Shown one piece after another: positions 1-10,397 of a stretch of 64,000 nucleotides of DNA (positions are counted from its first letter, which is position 1; every line of letters starts with the position of its first letter). This DNA is from Candidatus Latescibacterota bacterium (GTDB lineage: Bacteria; Latescibacterota; UBA2968). The position numbers and the translations under genes were made by a program. The notes under the pieces are model-generated. The model did not search any database. It had not been told where the DNA came from and saw only the letters and a list, made by a program, of their open reading frames with translations. The DNA lies in assembly GCA_965208125.1 (NCBI GenBank), contig OZ242320.1:3648001-3712000 (forward strand). Direction: 5' to 3'.

Positions 1-2
1 TC

Positions 3-566
3 GCACTGAAGTTCATTGATTCAATATCTGCGGAGGATCAGAGTCTGCTGTTTTGGAAAACTTATTCGCAAGGTGGAAACAAAGCGCGCAGTTGGACAGA
101 GGTTTTGCCAGAGGTTCAAGCGATGTTCGAGATGTCGAAGTTCAGCAAGTACATTATGGGCTTTGTGCTGTTTGGCGTGGTTGTTTTTGGCATTGTCAAT
201 ACGCTGTTTATGTCGCTTTACGAACGGATGTTTGAATTTGGCGTGTTGCGCGCAATTGGCACGCGTCCGTTTGGCATGGCGCGGCTGATTCTGTTTGAGG
301 CAGGAGCATTGGCAGTTCTGGGTATTATTTTGGGTACGATTTTTGGATTCTGTGTCACTTTGATTTTTTCAACGATTGGCATTGACTACACGGGGATCGA
401 GATGATGGGTATCACCATGCAGGAGTTGATCTATCCGGAGATGCGCATTCAACCATTCATTTTTTATTCGATCTGGATCTTTGTTTTTACAATTATCGCG
501 GGGCTGTACCCGGCGCGATATGCAGCGAAGATGTCTGCGGCGACGGCGATGCGAAGGAGTTTTTGA
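3..566 (+). CDS. ABC transporter permease, FtsX/MacB family (5' partial)
   Basis: Frame is open from the window start; NTLFMSLYERMFEFGVLRAIG and YPARYAAK motifs; TM helices; directly upstream of an ABC ATPase. Confidence 0.9.
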   Translation, partial: ALKFIDSISAEDQSLLFWKTYSQGGNKARSWTEVLPEVQAMFEMSKFSKYIMGFVLFGVVVFGIVNTLFMSLYERMFEFGVLRAIGTRPFGMARLILFEAGALAVLGIILGTIFGFCVTLIFSTIGIDYTGIEMMGITMQELIYPEMRIQPFIFYSIWIFVFTIIAGLYPARYAAKMSAATAMRRSF

Positions 567-584
567 AGGAGGGAGATATCCGCG

Positions 585-1274
585 GTGCCTGTGATTGTGA
601 CAGAAGGGGTGACCAGAGTTTATTCAGACGGTGGCGTGCCCGTTCACGCCTTGCGCGGGATTGATCTGTCCATCGAGCATAGTGAATTTGCAGCGTTGGT
701 TGGGCCGTCTGGGTCGGGGAAGACGACTTTGCTCAATATCATCTCCGGGCTGGATGCACCAACGGATGGTAAGATATGGCTCAATGGTAAACTTTTGTCG
801 CGCATGAGCGGTAATGCGCTTTCGGATTTTCGGCGAGACAATATCGGTTTTGTCTTTCAAGCGTATAATTTGATTCCGGTGCTGACCGTTGAGGAGAATA
901 TTGAATACATTATGCTCCTGCAAAAGGTGCCCAAATCCGAACGGCACAAGCGCGTGCTGGCGATACTGGAGGAGGTGGGATTGGGCGGGATGGCGAGTCG
1001 CAAGCCGACGCAACTTTCGGGTGGGCAGCAACAGCGGGTCGCGATTGCGCGGGCCATGGTGTCTCAGCCAGCGATTATTCTGGCGGATGAACCGACGGCG
1101 AATCTCGATTCAAAGATCGGTGCAGAGTTGCTCGATATGATGTATCGGCTCAATACGCAGACTGGAATGACATTTATTTTTTCCACGCACGACCCGATGG
1201 TGATGGCGCGCGCGCGACGGCTGATTACGCTGAAAGACGGAGAGATTGAGCGCGATGAGGTAGGGGCACTATGA
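585..1274 (+). CDS. ABC transporter ATP-binding protein (LolD/MacB type)
   Basis: Walker A GPSGSGKT, signature LSGGQQQR, Walker B ILADEPT, H-loop STHD. Confidence 0.95.
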   Translation: MPVIVTEGVTRVYSDGGVPVHALRGIDLSIEHSEFAALVGPSGSGKTTLLNIISGLDAPTDGKIWLNGKLLSRMSGNALSDFRRDNIGFVFQAYNLIPVLTVEENIEYIMLLQKVPKSERHKRVLAILEEVGLGGMASRKPTQLSGGQQQRVAIARAMVSQPAIILADEPTANLDSKIGAELLDMMYRLNTQTGMTFIFSTHDPMVMARARRLITLKDGEIERDEVGAL

Positions 1275-2458
1275 GATGGGTTATTGGAGCAATGATTGTG
1301 CTTTTGCCACAAGCTGTCACATCTGCACAACTGAGCGGTTTTTACAAGAGTTTTTCCGTCGCCTTTGATTCGCCACAGGTGGGTGTTCCTGTGAAGGGTA
1401 TGGTGAGTAATCGGCTGCGGCTTAGTCTCGCCAATTCGATTAGCGAGCACTTGTCGTTTGATTTCGCCTACGACTTTATCCTGCGTATTCAGGATCCATT
1501 GCTATTTGAGAACCGGGTGGAAGTCGCCACCATTGATCTGTACGATTATCGCGTTGTCGATCTGGAGTCGTCTGTTTATCCCGGCGACAATGATTTCGGT
1601 GGTAGCGTTGGCGTGTTTCAAAACCTCGACCGGGCCAGTGTGACAGCGCGTTTGTCATTTGCAGATGTGATTGTCGGACGTCAGGCGATTGCGTGGGGAA
1701 GTGCGCGGGTCGTCAATCCGACGGATATGATCGCGCCGTTTACCTATAGCGAATTGGATACGGAAGACCGCTCTGGTGTCGATGCCGTGCGCGTGCGCGT
1801 CCCGATTGGAGCACTAAGCGAAGTCGATGCAGGGTATGTGTTTGGGCGAGACTTCGCGGTTGATCGGAGCGCGTTTTTTGTTCGCGGTCAATTCAATGCG
1901 GTGGAGACCGATGTGTCGCCGATGCTCGTCCGTTTCCGCGAGCAGTTGCTTGTTGGTATTGATGTCGCGCGTGGCGTTGGAAGTGTTGGCACATGGATAG
2001 AGGGGGCCCGCGTTTTTACGATGGAGCAGGATGACGCGATTGGCGACTATTTTCGCGTATCTACGGGCATGGATTACAGTTTTGGTGGCGAGACTTATGG
2101 ATTCATCGAATACCACTTCAACGGAGCAGGGGTGCGCGACCCTGAAGATTATCTCGTCAACCTAAATCGCTCGGCATATCGCGACGCTGCTGTTTATCTT
2201 ATGGGCACCCACTACTTCGCGCTCGGTATCACCCATCAACTCACGCCACTGGTCGCGTCGAGCGGGCAGTTTCTCGCCAATATCACTGATCCGTCGTTCT
2301 TTTTTTCTTCTGTTATAGAATACAATATTGAGCAGGATTTTTATCTTTCTGCTGGTGCGTTTATCGGCGTTGGTGATCGACCGCAAGATGGACAATTTCA
2401 ATCTGAGTTCGGCGGGTATTCCAATATTCTGTTTTTTGCGTTCCGTATTTACTTCTGA
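1271..2458 (+). CDS. Putative outer-membrane beta-barrel protein associated with the ABC transporter
   Basis: Signal peptide, alternating beta-strand pattern, GRQAIAWG motif, C-terminal aromatic residues (RIYF); ATGA overlap with the ATPase. Confidence 0.65.
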   Translation: MRWVIGAMIVLLPQAVTSAQLSGFYKSFSVAFDSPQVGVPVKGMVSNRLRLSLANSISEHLSFDFAYDFILRIQDPLLFENRVEVATIDLYDYRVVDLESSVYPGDNDFGGSVGVFQNLDRASVTARLSFADVIVGRQAIAWGSARVVNPTDMIAPFTYSELDTEDRSGVDAVRVRVPIGALSEVDAGYVFGRDFAVDRSAFFVRGQFNAVETDVSPMLVRFREQLLVGIDVARGVGSVGTWIEGARVFTMEQDDAIGDYFRVSTGMDYSFGGETYGFIEYHFNGAGVRDPEDYLVNLNRSAYRDAAVYLMGTHYFALGITHQLTPLVASSGQFLANITDPSFFFSSVIEYNIEQDFYLSAGAFIGVGDRPQDGQFQSEFGGYSNILFFAFRIYF

Positions 2459-2570
2459 CGCAATTCAGACTTTGATCATTTTTCTTGACTTCACCTTCAC
2501 TACGCGTTTTCATATCAGCGTAGCTGAGACAACAGATAACAGTTTTTTTATTTTAATAGGAGGTAGCGCA

Positions 2571-3434
2571 ATGCATGTGGGTATGCGAATCCCGCCGATG
2601 GGGCGGGAGATGGGGTTGGAGGGCATTATTCAATGGGCAGCAGAAAATGGCTTGGGGTCAATTGATCTGCCAGAAGTAGATGCTGAAATTCGCAAGATGT
2701 GTGATAGTGCTGAGATTGGGATTGGCACTGTGGATTGGGGGGCAGGCGGTGGGTTGTTGAGCAAAGATGACGGTGTGCGAGAAGACGCTGTGGCCGCGAT
2801 GAAAGCGCGGATTCAGGCGGTTGGCGAATACGGTTCAGGGGTGATTTTTTTGTGTTTGGCTCCAGACGACCGATTGCAAGCGCGAGCCGAAACCTTTGAG
2901 GTGTTTAAGCAGGTCTATCCAGGGATTGTGAAAGAGGCAGAAGCGCACGAGGTTTTTCTCGCGATTGAACCATGGCCTGGTCCGGCACCAGCATACCCGA
3001 ATTTGGGTTGTACGCCCGAGACCTTGCGAGCAGTTTTTGAGGTTGTTCCATCACCCAATCTGGGTATTTGTTACGATCCGTCGCATTTTGCGCGCATTGG
3101 CGTCGATTACAAGCGGGTATTGATGGAGTTTGGCAATCGGGTGCGGCATGTGCATGCAAAGGATACCGAGTTGTTGGCGGATGGGCTGTACGAGTTTGGC
3201 TGTTTGGGCCAATCGTTTGGTCAGCGCTACGGTTATGGCGAGGGGTGGTGGCGTTATTGCATTCCGGGATGGGGTGTGGTGGATTGGAAATGGGTGATTG
3301 CGCGTCTGGAGGAATTGAGCTATGACGGGCCGTTGGCCATTGAATTGGAAGACCACCGCTACAGCGGCAGCGCCGAAAAGAATGCAGCGGGTATTTTGGC
3401 TGCGAAAAGCTATCTCGAAGATATTTTGGGATAA
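2571..3434 (+). CDS. Sugar phosphate isomerase/epimerase (AP endonuclease 2 TIM barrel)
   Basis: AIEPW, YDPSH, HVHAKD and IELED metal motifs; GGAGG RBS before ATG 2571 (the longer ORF-track start is unlikely). Confidence 0.88.
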   Translation: MHVGMRIPPMGREMGLEGIIQWAAENGLGSIDLPEVDAEIRKMCDSAEIGIGTVDWGAGGGLLSKDDGVREDAVAAMKARIQAVGEYGSGVIFLCLAPDDRLQARAETFEVFKQVYPGIVKEAEAHEVFLAIEPWPGPAPAYPNLGCTPETLRAVFEVVPSPNLGICYDPSHFARIGVDYKRVLMEFGNRVRHVHAKDTELLADGLYEFGCLGQSFGQRYGYGEGWWRYCIPGWGVVDWKWVIARLEELSYDGPLAIELEDHRYSGSAEKNAAGILAAKSYLEDILG

Positions 3435-3456
3435 ACCGCTCGGTATTGAGCAAGAC

Positions 3457-3499
3457 AAAGCCCCCATAAGCGATGTACTGTGGGGGCTTTTTGTTTTTT
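3457..3499. terminator. Intrinsic terminator between convergent genes, probably bidirectional
   Basis: aaagccccca...tgggggcttt hairpin followed by a T tract. Confidence 0.8.
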
Positions 3500-3507
3500 A
3501 AGCAGTA

Positions 3508-4395
3508 CTACTCCGATAGGGCACGTTTCATTGTTGCGCCCATTTCGGCGGGGCTTTCGCATACGTGAATGCCGGCTTCTTGAAGCGCGGCCATTTTGTC
3601 GGCGGCGGTGCCCTGTCCGCCGGAGATAATCGCGCCCGCATGCCCCATGCGCCGTCCCGGAGGTGCTGTTTGGCCCGCGATAAAACTGACCACGGGTTTG
3701 TCAAAGTGCGCTTTGACATAAGCGGCGGCTTCTTCTTCTGCGGTACCGCCAATTTCCCCGATCATGATGACGGCGTCTGTGTCGGGGTCGTCCTTGAAGA
3801 GCGCGAGGCAGTCTGTAAAGGTAGTGCCGATGATGGGATCGCCGCCAATGCCTACACACGACGATTGACCAAAGCCGCTGTCGGTGAGTTGCGAGACCGC
3901 TTCATAGGTGAGCGTGCCGCTGCGCGAAATGACACCAATGCGACCTTCGCGGTGAATGGCGCCGGGCATAATGCCAATTTTGCACTTGCCCGGAGAAATC
4001 AGGCCCGGACAATTGGGGCCGATCAAGCGCGTGTTTTTATCGGCCAGATAGTGTTTGGCTTTTAGCATGTCGAGCACGGGTATGTTCTCAGAGATGCAAA
4101 CGACCAGAGGCAGGTCTGCATCGGCCGCTTCCATGATGGTGTCGGCTGCAAAGGGCGCGGGAACAAAATTGGCCGATGCCGTGGCACCTGTTTCTTCTAC
4201 GGCATTGGATACAGTATCAAAAACGGGTATGCCAACCACGCTCTCGCCGCCTTTGCCCGCGTTGACCACGCCGACGACTTGCGTGCCGTAATCTACCATT
4301 TGTTCCAGGTGAAATCGCGCTTCGCCGCCCATCGCTCTGCTGCTGGAAAAGCTCTGGACGATCACGCGGGTGTTGTTGTCAATGAGGATGCTCAT
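3508..4395 (-). CDS. sucD: Succinate--CoA ligase alpha subunit
   Basis: [27 protein letters not shown] and the phospho-His motif RMGHAGA. Confidence 0.97.
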   Translation of the reverse strand: MSILIDNNTRVIVQSFSSSRAMGGEARFHLEQMVDYGTQVVGVVNAGKGGESVVGIPVFDTVSNAVEETGATASANFVPAPFAADTIMEAADADLPLVVCISENIPVLDMLKAKHYLADKNTRLIGPNCPGLISPGKCKIGIMPGAIHREGRIGVISRSGTLTYEAVSQLTDSGFGQSSCVGIGGDPIIGTTFTDCLALFKDDPDTDAVIMIGEIGGTAEEEAAAYVKAHFDKPVVSFIAGQTAPPGRRMGHAGAIISGGQGTAADKMAALQEAGIHVCESPAEMGATMKRALSE

Positions 4396-4413
4396 AAAAT
4401 CTCCAGTGTTCGG

Positions 4414-5094
4414 TTACTCAAGCGTTCGTTCTTCGATTGTGCCATCTGTTTTGCCGATGATGATACGGTCTGTAAGTCCTATAAAAAGGCCGCATTCGAC
4501 CACGCCGCATAAGGCGTTGATTTTTGCTTCGAGCGCGGGCGGGTCGTCAATGCGACCAAAATCGCAATCGATGATGTAATTGCCGTTGTCTGTGACAAAA
4601 GGCGCGTTGTCCTGTGCGTTGCGAAGTGTGGGATGACAGCCCAGGTCAGCGAGCAGGCGTTGTATGGCTTGCCAACCAAATGGGATGACTTCAACGGGCA
4701 AGGGAAAAGCCCCAAGATGCACCACTGGTTTGGATTCGTCGGCGACGATGATTTCTCTGTCGGATAGAGAGGCGACGATTTTTTCTCGCAAAAGCGCGCC
4801 GCCACCACCCTTTATAAGATTAAAGTCCGGGTCAAATTCATCTGCGCCGTCAATGGTAAGGTCAATGCGGGTGACTTTGGCGAAGTCGATGAGTGGTATA
4901 TTTTCAGATTCCGCCTGAATGCGCGATTGTTCTGAGGTGGGTATGCCGCATATATCGAGTCCTTCAGCGATGCGCTGGCCGAGTTTTTGGATTGCAAAAA
5001 AAGCCGTTGATCCCGTTCCCAGACCGACGACCATGCCATCTTCGACATATTCGGCAGCCCGTTCTCCTGCTAATTGCTTGGGGTTAATTGTCAT
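4414..5094 (-). CDS. rpiA: Ribose-5-phosphate isomerase A
   Basis: GLGTGST, DGADE, KGGGGALLREK, TDNGN; start taken at MTINPK with an AAGGA RBS. Confidence 0.97.
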   Translation of the reverse strand: MTINPKQLAGERAAEYVEDGMVVGLGTGSTAFFAIQKLGQRIAEGLDICGIPTSEQSRIQAESENIPLIDFAKVTRIDLTIDGADEFDPDFNLIKGGGGALLREKIVASLSDREIIVADESKPVVHLGAFPLPVEVIPFGWQAIQRLLADLGCHPTLRNAQDNAPFVTDNGNYIIDCDFGRIDDPPALEAKINALCGVVECGLFIGLTDRIIIGKTDGTIEERTLE

Positions 5095-5268
5095 ATCTAT
5101 TCCATCCTTACGCAATAAAAACAAGCGAAAGATAAACGGAAGATAGTGATTTGGCAATGATTTTGACTCAGACAGGCACGGTATTTTTCTGTTTATTTTT
5201 TTTAGAAATTGTCATACTCTATCAAATAGGCAGGACAAAGTTGAATATGATTAAATTCGGAGAAGAAG

Positions 5269-6105
5269 ATGGCTTATCGCACACTGGAAGATTTTTTTGG
5301 TGATATTGTGGGGAAAGCGCGTCGGGGACAGGGGATTTCGGAATCGGAACTGGCGCAACAGGTGGGGCTGAGTGTTCGAGAAATCGGGCAAATAGAATCG
5401 TACGAGTTGACACCTGACGATCAGACCATTTGCCGACTTGCAGACGCTCTTCATCTCGATGGCGAAAAATTGGCGGAGGTGGCGCGTGGATGGGTGCCAA
5501 CGCAGGGCAATGCGGCGTTTGAAGACGAGAATATGCGGGTTGATCGATTGATTCTCGATGCGGGCATGACAGTGAATTGTTATGTGCTAATATGCAAGAC
5601 ATCGGGCAAAGGAGCTGTGGTTGATCCCGGTGGGCAGGCGCAGTTGATTTTGAATGCGATTGCCGATGTACAGGTGACGCACATTTTGCTCACACACGGA
5701 CACGGCGATCACGTTGGGGCACTCGAAGCAGTTGCCGAGGCGACACGGGCACAGGTATGTGGTTGCGAGCGCGATTTTGGGTTGATGGGAGGGCGCAGTC
5801 AGCGGGTGACTGAACGCGTGGATGAAGGGTGGCAAACAGCGATTGGCGAACTCGGTATTGATACGGTGAGTTTGCCCGGGCACACGGGCGGAGGCATTGG
5901 GTATTATACCGCACCTGTGTTTTTTTCGGGCGACGCGCTATTTGCGGGTTCTCTGGGAGGGGCGAGGGGTGATGCCTACCGCGGGCAAATTCAGGCTGTG
6001 CGTGCGAAGGTGCTCTCTCTGCCTGGAGAAACGACGATTTTTCCCGGTCATGGTCCGATTACGTCTGTAGCGCAAGAACTGGCGCACAATCCCTATTTTG
6101 TTTGA
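5269..6105 (+). CDS. XRE-type HTH fused to MBL-fold metallo-hydrolase (glyoxalase II-like)
   Basis: N-terminal HTH (ISESELAQQVGLSVREIGQIE); THGHGDH, PGHT, SGD and PGHG motifs. Confidence 0.85.
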   Translation: MAYRTLEDFFGDIVGKARRGQGISESELAQQVGLSVREIGQIESYELTPDDQTICRLADALHLDGEKLAEVARGWVPTQGNAAFEDENMRVDRLILDAGMTVNCYVLICKTSGKGAVVDPGGQAQLILNAIADVQVTHILLTHGHGDHVGALEAVAEATRAQVCGCERDFGLMGGRSQRVTERVDEGWQTAIGELGIDTVSLPGHTGGGIGYYTAPVFFSGDALFAGSLGGARGDAYRGQIQAVRAKVLSLPGETTIFPGHGPITSVAQELAHNPYFV

Positions 6106-6123
6106 GATGGATCCGGGGACTTT

Positions 6124-6321
6124 TTATTCTTGCTCGGATGCCTGGGTTTCAACCCATTGTCCAATGGCCTGGCGAATGGATTCGACTGCGGCTTTTTTGC
6201 GCTCAAGGCGGTCAATATGCACGCGTAGCTGGTCAATTTGTGCGTCGATGTCTTGAAGTTCACCATTTGCTGCTTCAAGTGCTTGTTGATACAGGGGTTC
6301 GCTATGGGTCGGTTCTGCCAT
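6124..6321 (-). CDS. Small coiled-coil hypothetical protein
   Basis: AAGGAG RBS; heptad pattern; candidate upstream promoter (TTGACG-18-TATGTT at 6369-6398). Confidence 0.65.
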   Translation of the reverse strand: MAEPTHSEPLYQQALEAANGELQDIDAQIDQLRVHIDRLERKKAAVESIRQAIGQWVETQASEQE

Positions 6322-6677
6322 GAATTAAGCTCCTTGTAGTATAAGAAATGAAGTATGCGATTCAGCTAAACATAACCTGTGTGGCCTTGTGTCGTCAAGC
6401 GCGAAAAAGTCCGCTTGCTGTTGGTTTGTGAAAGTGGTGTATTTTTTGTCTTTACAACCCGTTACAATTTATTACAACTTTCATGGGAACGAAGAGGTTC
6501 TGCCAGTTGTTTAATGCCGTAAATACTGATTCTTAGAGATATGCAACTTTCTTTTGATTCACGCATTTAAAAAAAGTAGTAAATTCCAATATATAACGAG
6601 CTTTGGGAGTATGTCAGCACTGTTTTACAAGGATAAGGATATTTCTCAAAGTTGATTACGTCGCAAAGGAGCTAAAC

Positions 6678-9600
6678 ATGGCTCGGTGTTGTCTTTTCGT
6701 GCGAAGCGCCATATTCGTCCTCATTTTGGGGGTTTCAATCTCTGCTTTTGGGCAAGAATATTTTGGCAAAAACAAGGTCAATTACAGCCAGTATGTGTGG
6801 CATTATATCGACAGTGAACACTTCACGGTTTATTTTGACAAGGGTTCACTCGGGCTGGCCGAGTTTGTTGCCAAAGAAGCCGAAAGATCACTGGTACACA
6901 TTGAGAAAACGCTGAAATATACGATGAAGGATCGCTATCCCATTGTTATTTACAATTCTCACAATGGGTTTTCGGTATCGAATATTATCAGCGGGGAACA
7001 GTCTGAGTTTACGGGCGGATATACCGAGTTTGCACAGGGGCGCGTGGTGATTCCCTTTACGGGATCTTATGGGGATTTGCAGCACGTCATCCATCACGAA
7101 CTCGTTCACGCTGTTACAATTGAGTTGTGGACCGGTGGCGGCTGGTTGGGGTCTCTGGTTTCTCAAACATCGACGTTACCTCCGCTGTGGATTGCCGAGG
7201 GTATTGCCGAGTACGTATCTCGATATGGCTGGCATAAGGAGCACGATAATTTTATGCGCGATGCAACCATTACCGGATATGTGCCGACTATCGAAATGAT
7301 GTCCATGAGTTATTTTGCCTATCCCGGTGGCAATTCAGTTTTTTACATGATAGAACAGGAATACGGCAAGGACAAAGTGGCATCTTTTATTTCTTCTTTC
7401 CGCACGGCCAAAAATCCCGATAAAGCACTCAAAGCATCTCTGGGATTTGGGATGAAAGAATTGGAGGAAAAATATCAATTGTGGCTCAAGCGGCAATACT
7501 GGAATGAGATCAATTTGCGCCATACGCCCAAAGAGATGGCAACAAATTTGACAGAGCACGAAGATAGGCGTTCGGCGTATAATTTAGCTGCTGCGTTATC
7601 TCCACAAGGCGACAAGGTCGCGTATTTGACCGACCGAAATGGTACTTTTGATATTTATTTGATGTCGGCGATTGATGGCAAAGACCTGGGGCGTTTGGTC
7701 GAGGGACAGAAGTCGTCTGCTTTTGAGTCAATGTTTGTTTTACGGCCCGGATTTACCTGGTCACCGGATGGTCGGCATATTGCATTCGCTGCCAAATCGA
7801 ATAACAAAAATACCCTGTATATTCTCGAAGTTAAAAATAAACGAATTCGCAAGCGATTTAAGTTTGACCTCGATGGCTTGTTTGAACCCACCTGGTCACC
7901 CGATGGAGAAAAAATTGCCGTCGCGGGTATTAAAGATGGCTGGTCTGATATCTATGTGGTCGATGTGAACGACGAGTCGCTTACGCGGCTTACAAATGAT
8001 CCCTATGACGAGCGGCATCTGGATTGGTCGCCCGATGGCACATGGATCGCCATGAGTTCTGATCGTCCCGATACCCATTTGAAATTCAGCGGTGGGAAGG
8101 ATTTTGCTTTCGGTCAATACGATATTTTTTTAATGCGTACAGATGGCTCTGAAATGCGCCGGATTGTCGCGTCTGAAGACGCCGAAGATTCACATCCCGT
8201 GTGGGGTGCCGATAGCAAACACATTGCCTTTGTTTCTGACCGTACGGGTGTGGGCAATATTTATATTGCAAATGTTGACAGTACTCAGGAGATATATCCC
8301 ATTACCAATTTATTGTCGGGGGCGCAATATCTCGATTGGTCAGCCGATGGCAAAAAGATCGTGTTCAATGCTTTTCACAAGGGTGCCCTGGATATATTTG
8401 TGATGCGCGACCCATTCGCGCAGCGAAAAGAAATGGCGGATTTGCCGCGTACTCGATTTGTCAAGCGCCTCGCCGGTGAAGATGAAAAGATGTTTGTTGA
8501 GTTACAAAAAGAAAAGTATGCAAGCCGCAAGATTGCCAAAGTAGAAGTCGATAGCACCGCGATCGATTCGACAGCAAAAAAAACAGAGAAGAAAGTGGCG
8601 CAGTGGATCTCCGATCAGGAAGCACTTGCAGCGGCAGAGAGCGCGCCTACAGATAGTACGGCTGAGATCGATACCACGCATCCGGTCGCAGGTAGTCCAG
8701 AAATGGCCGATACTGGCAAACAAGGGGTAAAAAATTGGGGTGAAAAGGAATTTCAGGTTAAGAAGTACAAGCTGAAATTCAAGCCTGAACTGTTTGGTGC
8801 ACAGGCGGGATTTGATACGTTCTACGGCGTGAGTAGCTCTATCGTATTGTCCATGAGTGATGTGATGGGTGATCACCGCGCCACATTGGTGACGAGTTTA
8901 AATTTTTCACTCAAAGACAGCGACTTTCTGCTTGCGTATGCCTATTTGAAGAATCGTACAAATTACGGTGCGCAGCTTTTTCACACGCGGTTCTTCTTCT
9001 TTGATAATACAGGTCGTCTAACTGCGGATCGATATTACGGGCTTGCCGGAATGCTCGAGCGACCATTTAATCGGTTTGCCCGTTTAGAACTCAGTACGCG
9101 TTTTGTATCTGTTGATCGCGAAGAGGTTTTTACTGATATCAACAATTATTTGTATCAGCCGGGCTTTCGCGGCGTTGGGCGGTTTTCGAGCCAATTGATC
9201 GACCGTCGTCGGGCGGCTATCGGCGAAGTGGCTCTGGTGGGCGATAGCGCGCTGTACAGTTTGTTTGGCGCGGTAGATGGGCATCGCTATCGGTTGAATT
9301 TTGAAGGTTCTGGTGTGGGCATGAAATTTGCCACATTTGCGCTGGATTATCGCAAATATATGCGGTTATTAAACGAATACACCTTTGCCATCCGAATGTC
9401 GGGCGGGACGAGTTATGGCCCCAACAGCACCGTATTTTTCTTAGGCGGTGTGAACAATCCGGTCAATCCAACATTTTCCACCATTGCCAGTGTTGACCAG
9501 AGTCGCGTGTTTTTCTCTTCTTACGTCTGGCCCCTGCGCGGCGCGAGATTGCTCGAAATGGCGGGTGATTCTTATGTGCTGGCCAATGTCTCATTTCGGT

Positions 9601-9944
9601 TCCCACTCATTCGGCAATTGGCCATGGGCTGGCCCCTGCCGTTTTTCTTCCAGAATGTACAGGGCGAGTTGTTCTTCGACATCGGGGGGGCATTTAACCG
9701 CGCCGATTGGAGAGATGGATGGGTGTCCCGAGATGGGGGTTTTGAACTCAATGTACCGCAGCATTTTCGCAGCGGATCGAGACATGGACTACCAAAGCCC
9801 CAAATGGCTGCCGGGTACGGGTTTGGCGTGCGGGTAAATTTGGGCTATTTCCTGTTCCGATACGATTTGGCCTGGCCTACAGATCTCGCGCAAACATATC
9901 ATCCATACCAGTATTTTTCAATTGATTTCACGGGTTTGTTCTAA
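6678..9944 (+). CDS. Gluzincin-type peptidase domain + PD40/TolB beta-propeller + BamA/Omp85-like barrel
   Basis: AAGGAG RBS, signal peptide, HELVH...WIAEGIAEY zinc motif, repeated WSPDG units, C-terminal barrel with LRG, FFDIG and GYGFGVR motifs ending in F. Confidence 0.85.
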   Translation: MARCCLFVRSAIFVLILGVSISAFGQEYFGKNKVNYSQYVWHYIDSEHFTVYFDKGSLGLAEFVAKEAERSLVHIEKTLKYTMKDRYPIVIYNSHNGFSVSNIISGEQSEFTGGYTEFAQGRVVIPFTGSYGDLQHVIHHELVHAVTIELWTGGGWLGSLVSQTSTLPPLWIAEGIAEYVSRYGWHKEHDNFMRDATITGYVPTIEMMSMSYFAYPGGNSVFYMIEQEYGKDKVASFISSFRTAKNPDKALKASLGFGMKELEEKYQLWLKRQYWNEINLRHTPKEMATNLTEHEDRRSAYNLAAALSPQGDKVAYLTDRNGTFDIYLMSAIDGKDLGRLVEGQKSSAFESMFVLRPGFTWSPDGRHIAFAAKSNNKNTLYILEVKNKRIRKRFKFDLDGLFEPTWSPDGEKIAVAGIKDGWSDIYVVDVNDESLTRLTNDPYDERHLDWSPDGTWIAMSSDRPDTHLKFSGGKDFAFGQYDIFLMRTDGSEMRRIVASEDAEDSHPVWGADSKHIAFVSDRTGVGNIYIANVDSTQEIYPITNLLSGAQYLDWSADGKKIVFNAFHKGALDIFVMRDPFAQRKEMADLPRTRFVKRLAGEDEKMFVELQKEKYASRKIAKVEVDSTAIDSTAKKTEKKVAQWISDQEALAAAESAPTDSTAEIDTTHPVAGSPEMADTGKQGVKNWGEKEFQVKKYKLKFKPELFGAQAGFDTFYGVSSSIVLSMSDVMGDHRATLVTSLNFSLKDSDFLLAYAYLKNRTNYGAQLFHTRFFFFDNTGRLTADRYYGLAGMLERPFNRFARLELSTRFVSVDREEVFTDINNYLYQPGFRGVGRFSSQLIDRRRAAIGEVALVGDSALYSLFGAVDGHRYRLNFEGSGVGMKFATFALDYRKYMRLLNEYTFAIRMSGGTSYGPNSTVFFLGGVNNPVNPTFSTIASVDQSRVFFSSYVWPLRGARLLEMAGDSYVLANVSFRFPLIRQLAMGWPLPFFFQNVQGELFFDIGGAFNRADWRDGWVSRDGGFELNVPQHFRSGSRHGLPKPQMAAGYGFGVRVNLGYFLFRYDLAWPTDLAQTYHPYQYFSIDFTGLF

Positions 9945-9970
9945 TCAACAAAATCAACCGCTGCATTTTG

Positions 9971-10000
9971 GGAGAGGCGTTTTACGTCTCTCCTTTTTTT
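9971..10000 (+). terminator. Intrinsic terminator
   Basis: ggagaggcgt-ttt-acgtctctcc hairpin followed by T7. Confidence 0.8.
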
Positions 10001-10082
10001 GTCAGGTTGATGAAAGGTGATTTTTTGTGTATTATTGAAGGGCAAGACGCACGTTAAACCACAAATAAAATGAGGTCCTTAC

Positions 10083-10397
10083 ATGGCAACCAAAGAGTAT
10101 TATATGGCGGGGTTGAGTAAGTTGGGAACTGGAGACCTGGAAGGCGCAATTGTCGAATTTGAGAAGGCTGTTGCAGACGATGCCTCGTTTTACATGGCGC
10201 ATCTGGGATGGGCGCAGGCACTGGATCGGCAGGGGAAGATTGACAAGGCGATTGAACAGGTCAATCTCGCTTTGCAAATTGTTCCCGATGAGGCACTGGC
10301 CCATACGAGTCTGTCGCGTTTGTATCAGCAGAAAGGGATGATTGACGAGGCCGAGGAGGAAATGGCTATTTCTCACAAACTCTCTCAAAATATTTGA
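10083..10397 (+). CDS. Small TPR protein
   Basis: About three TPR-like helical repeats; GAGG RBS. Confidence 0.85.
   Translation: MATKEYYMAGLSKLGTGDLEGAIVEFEKAVADDASFYMAHLGWAQALDRQGKIDKAIEQVNLALQIVPDEALAHTSLSRLYQQKGMIDEAEEEMAISHKLSQNI

Noticed and set aside
2328-2570. ORF-track N-terminal extensions (2328, 6603, 18229, 29400, 30940, 61722)
   Set aside because: Downstream starts have clear RBSs and match domain starts; the extensions overlap neighbouring genes or promoters.
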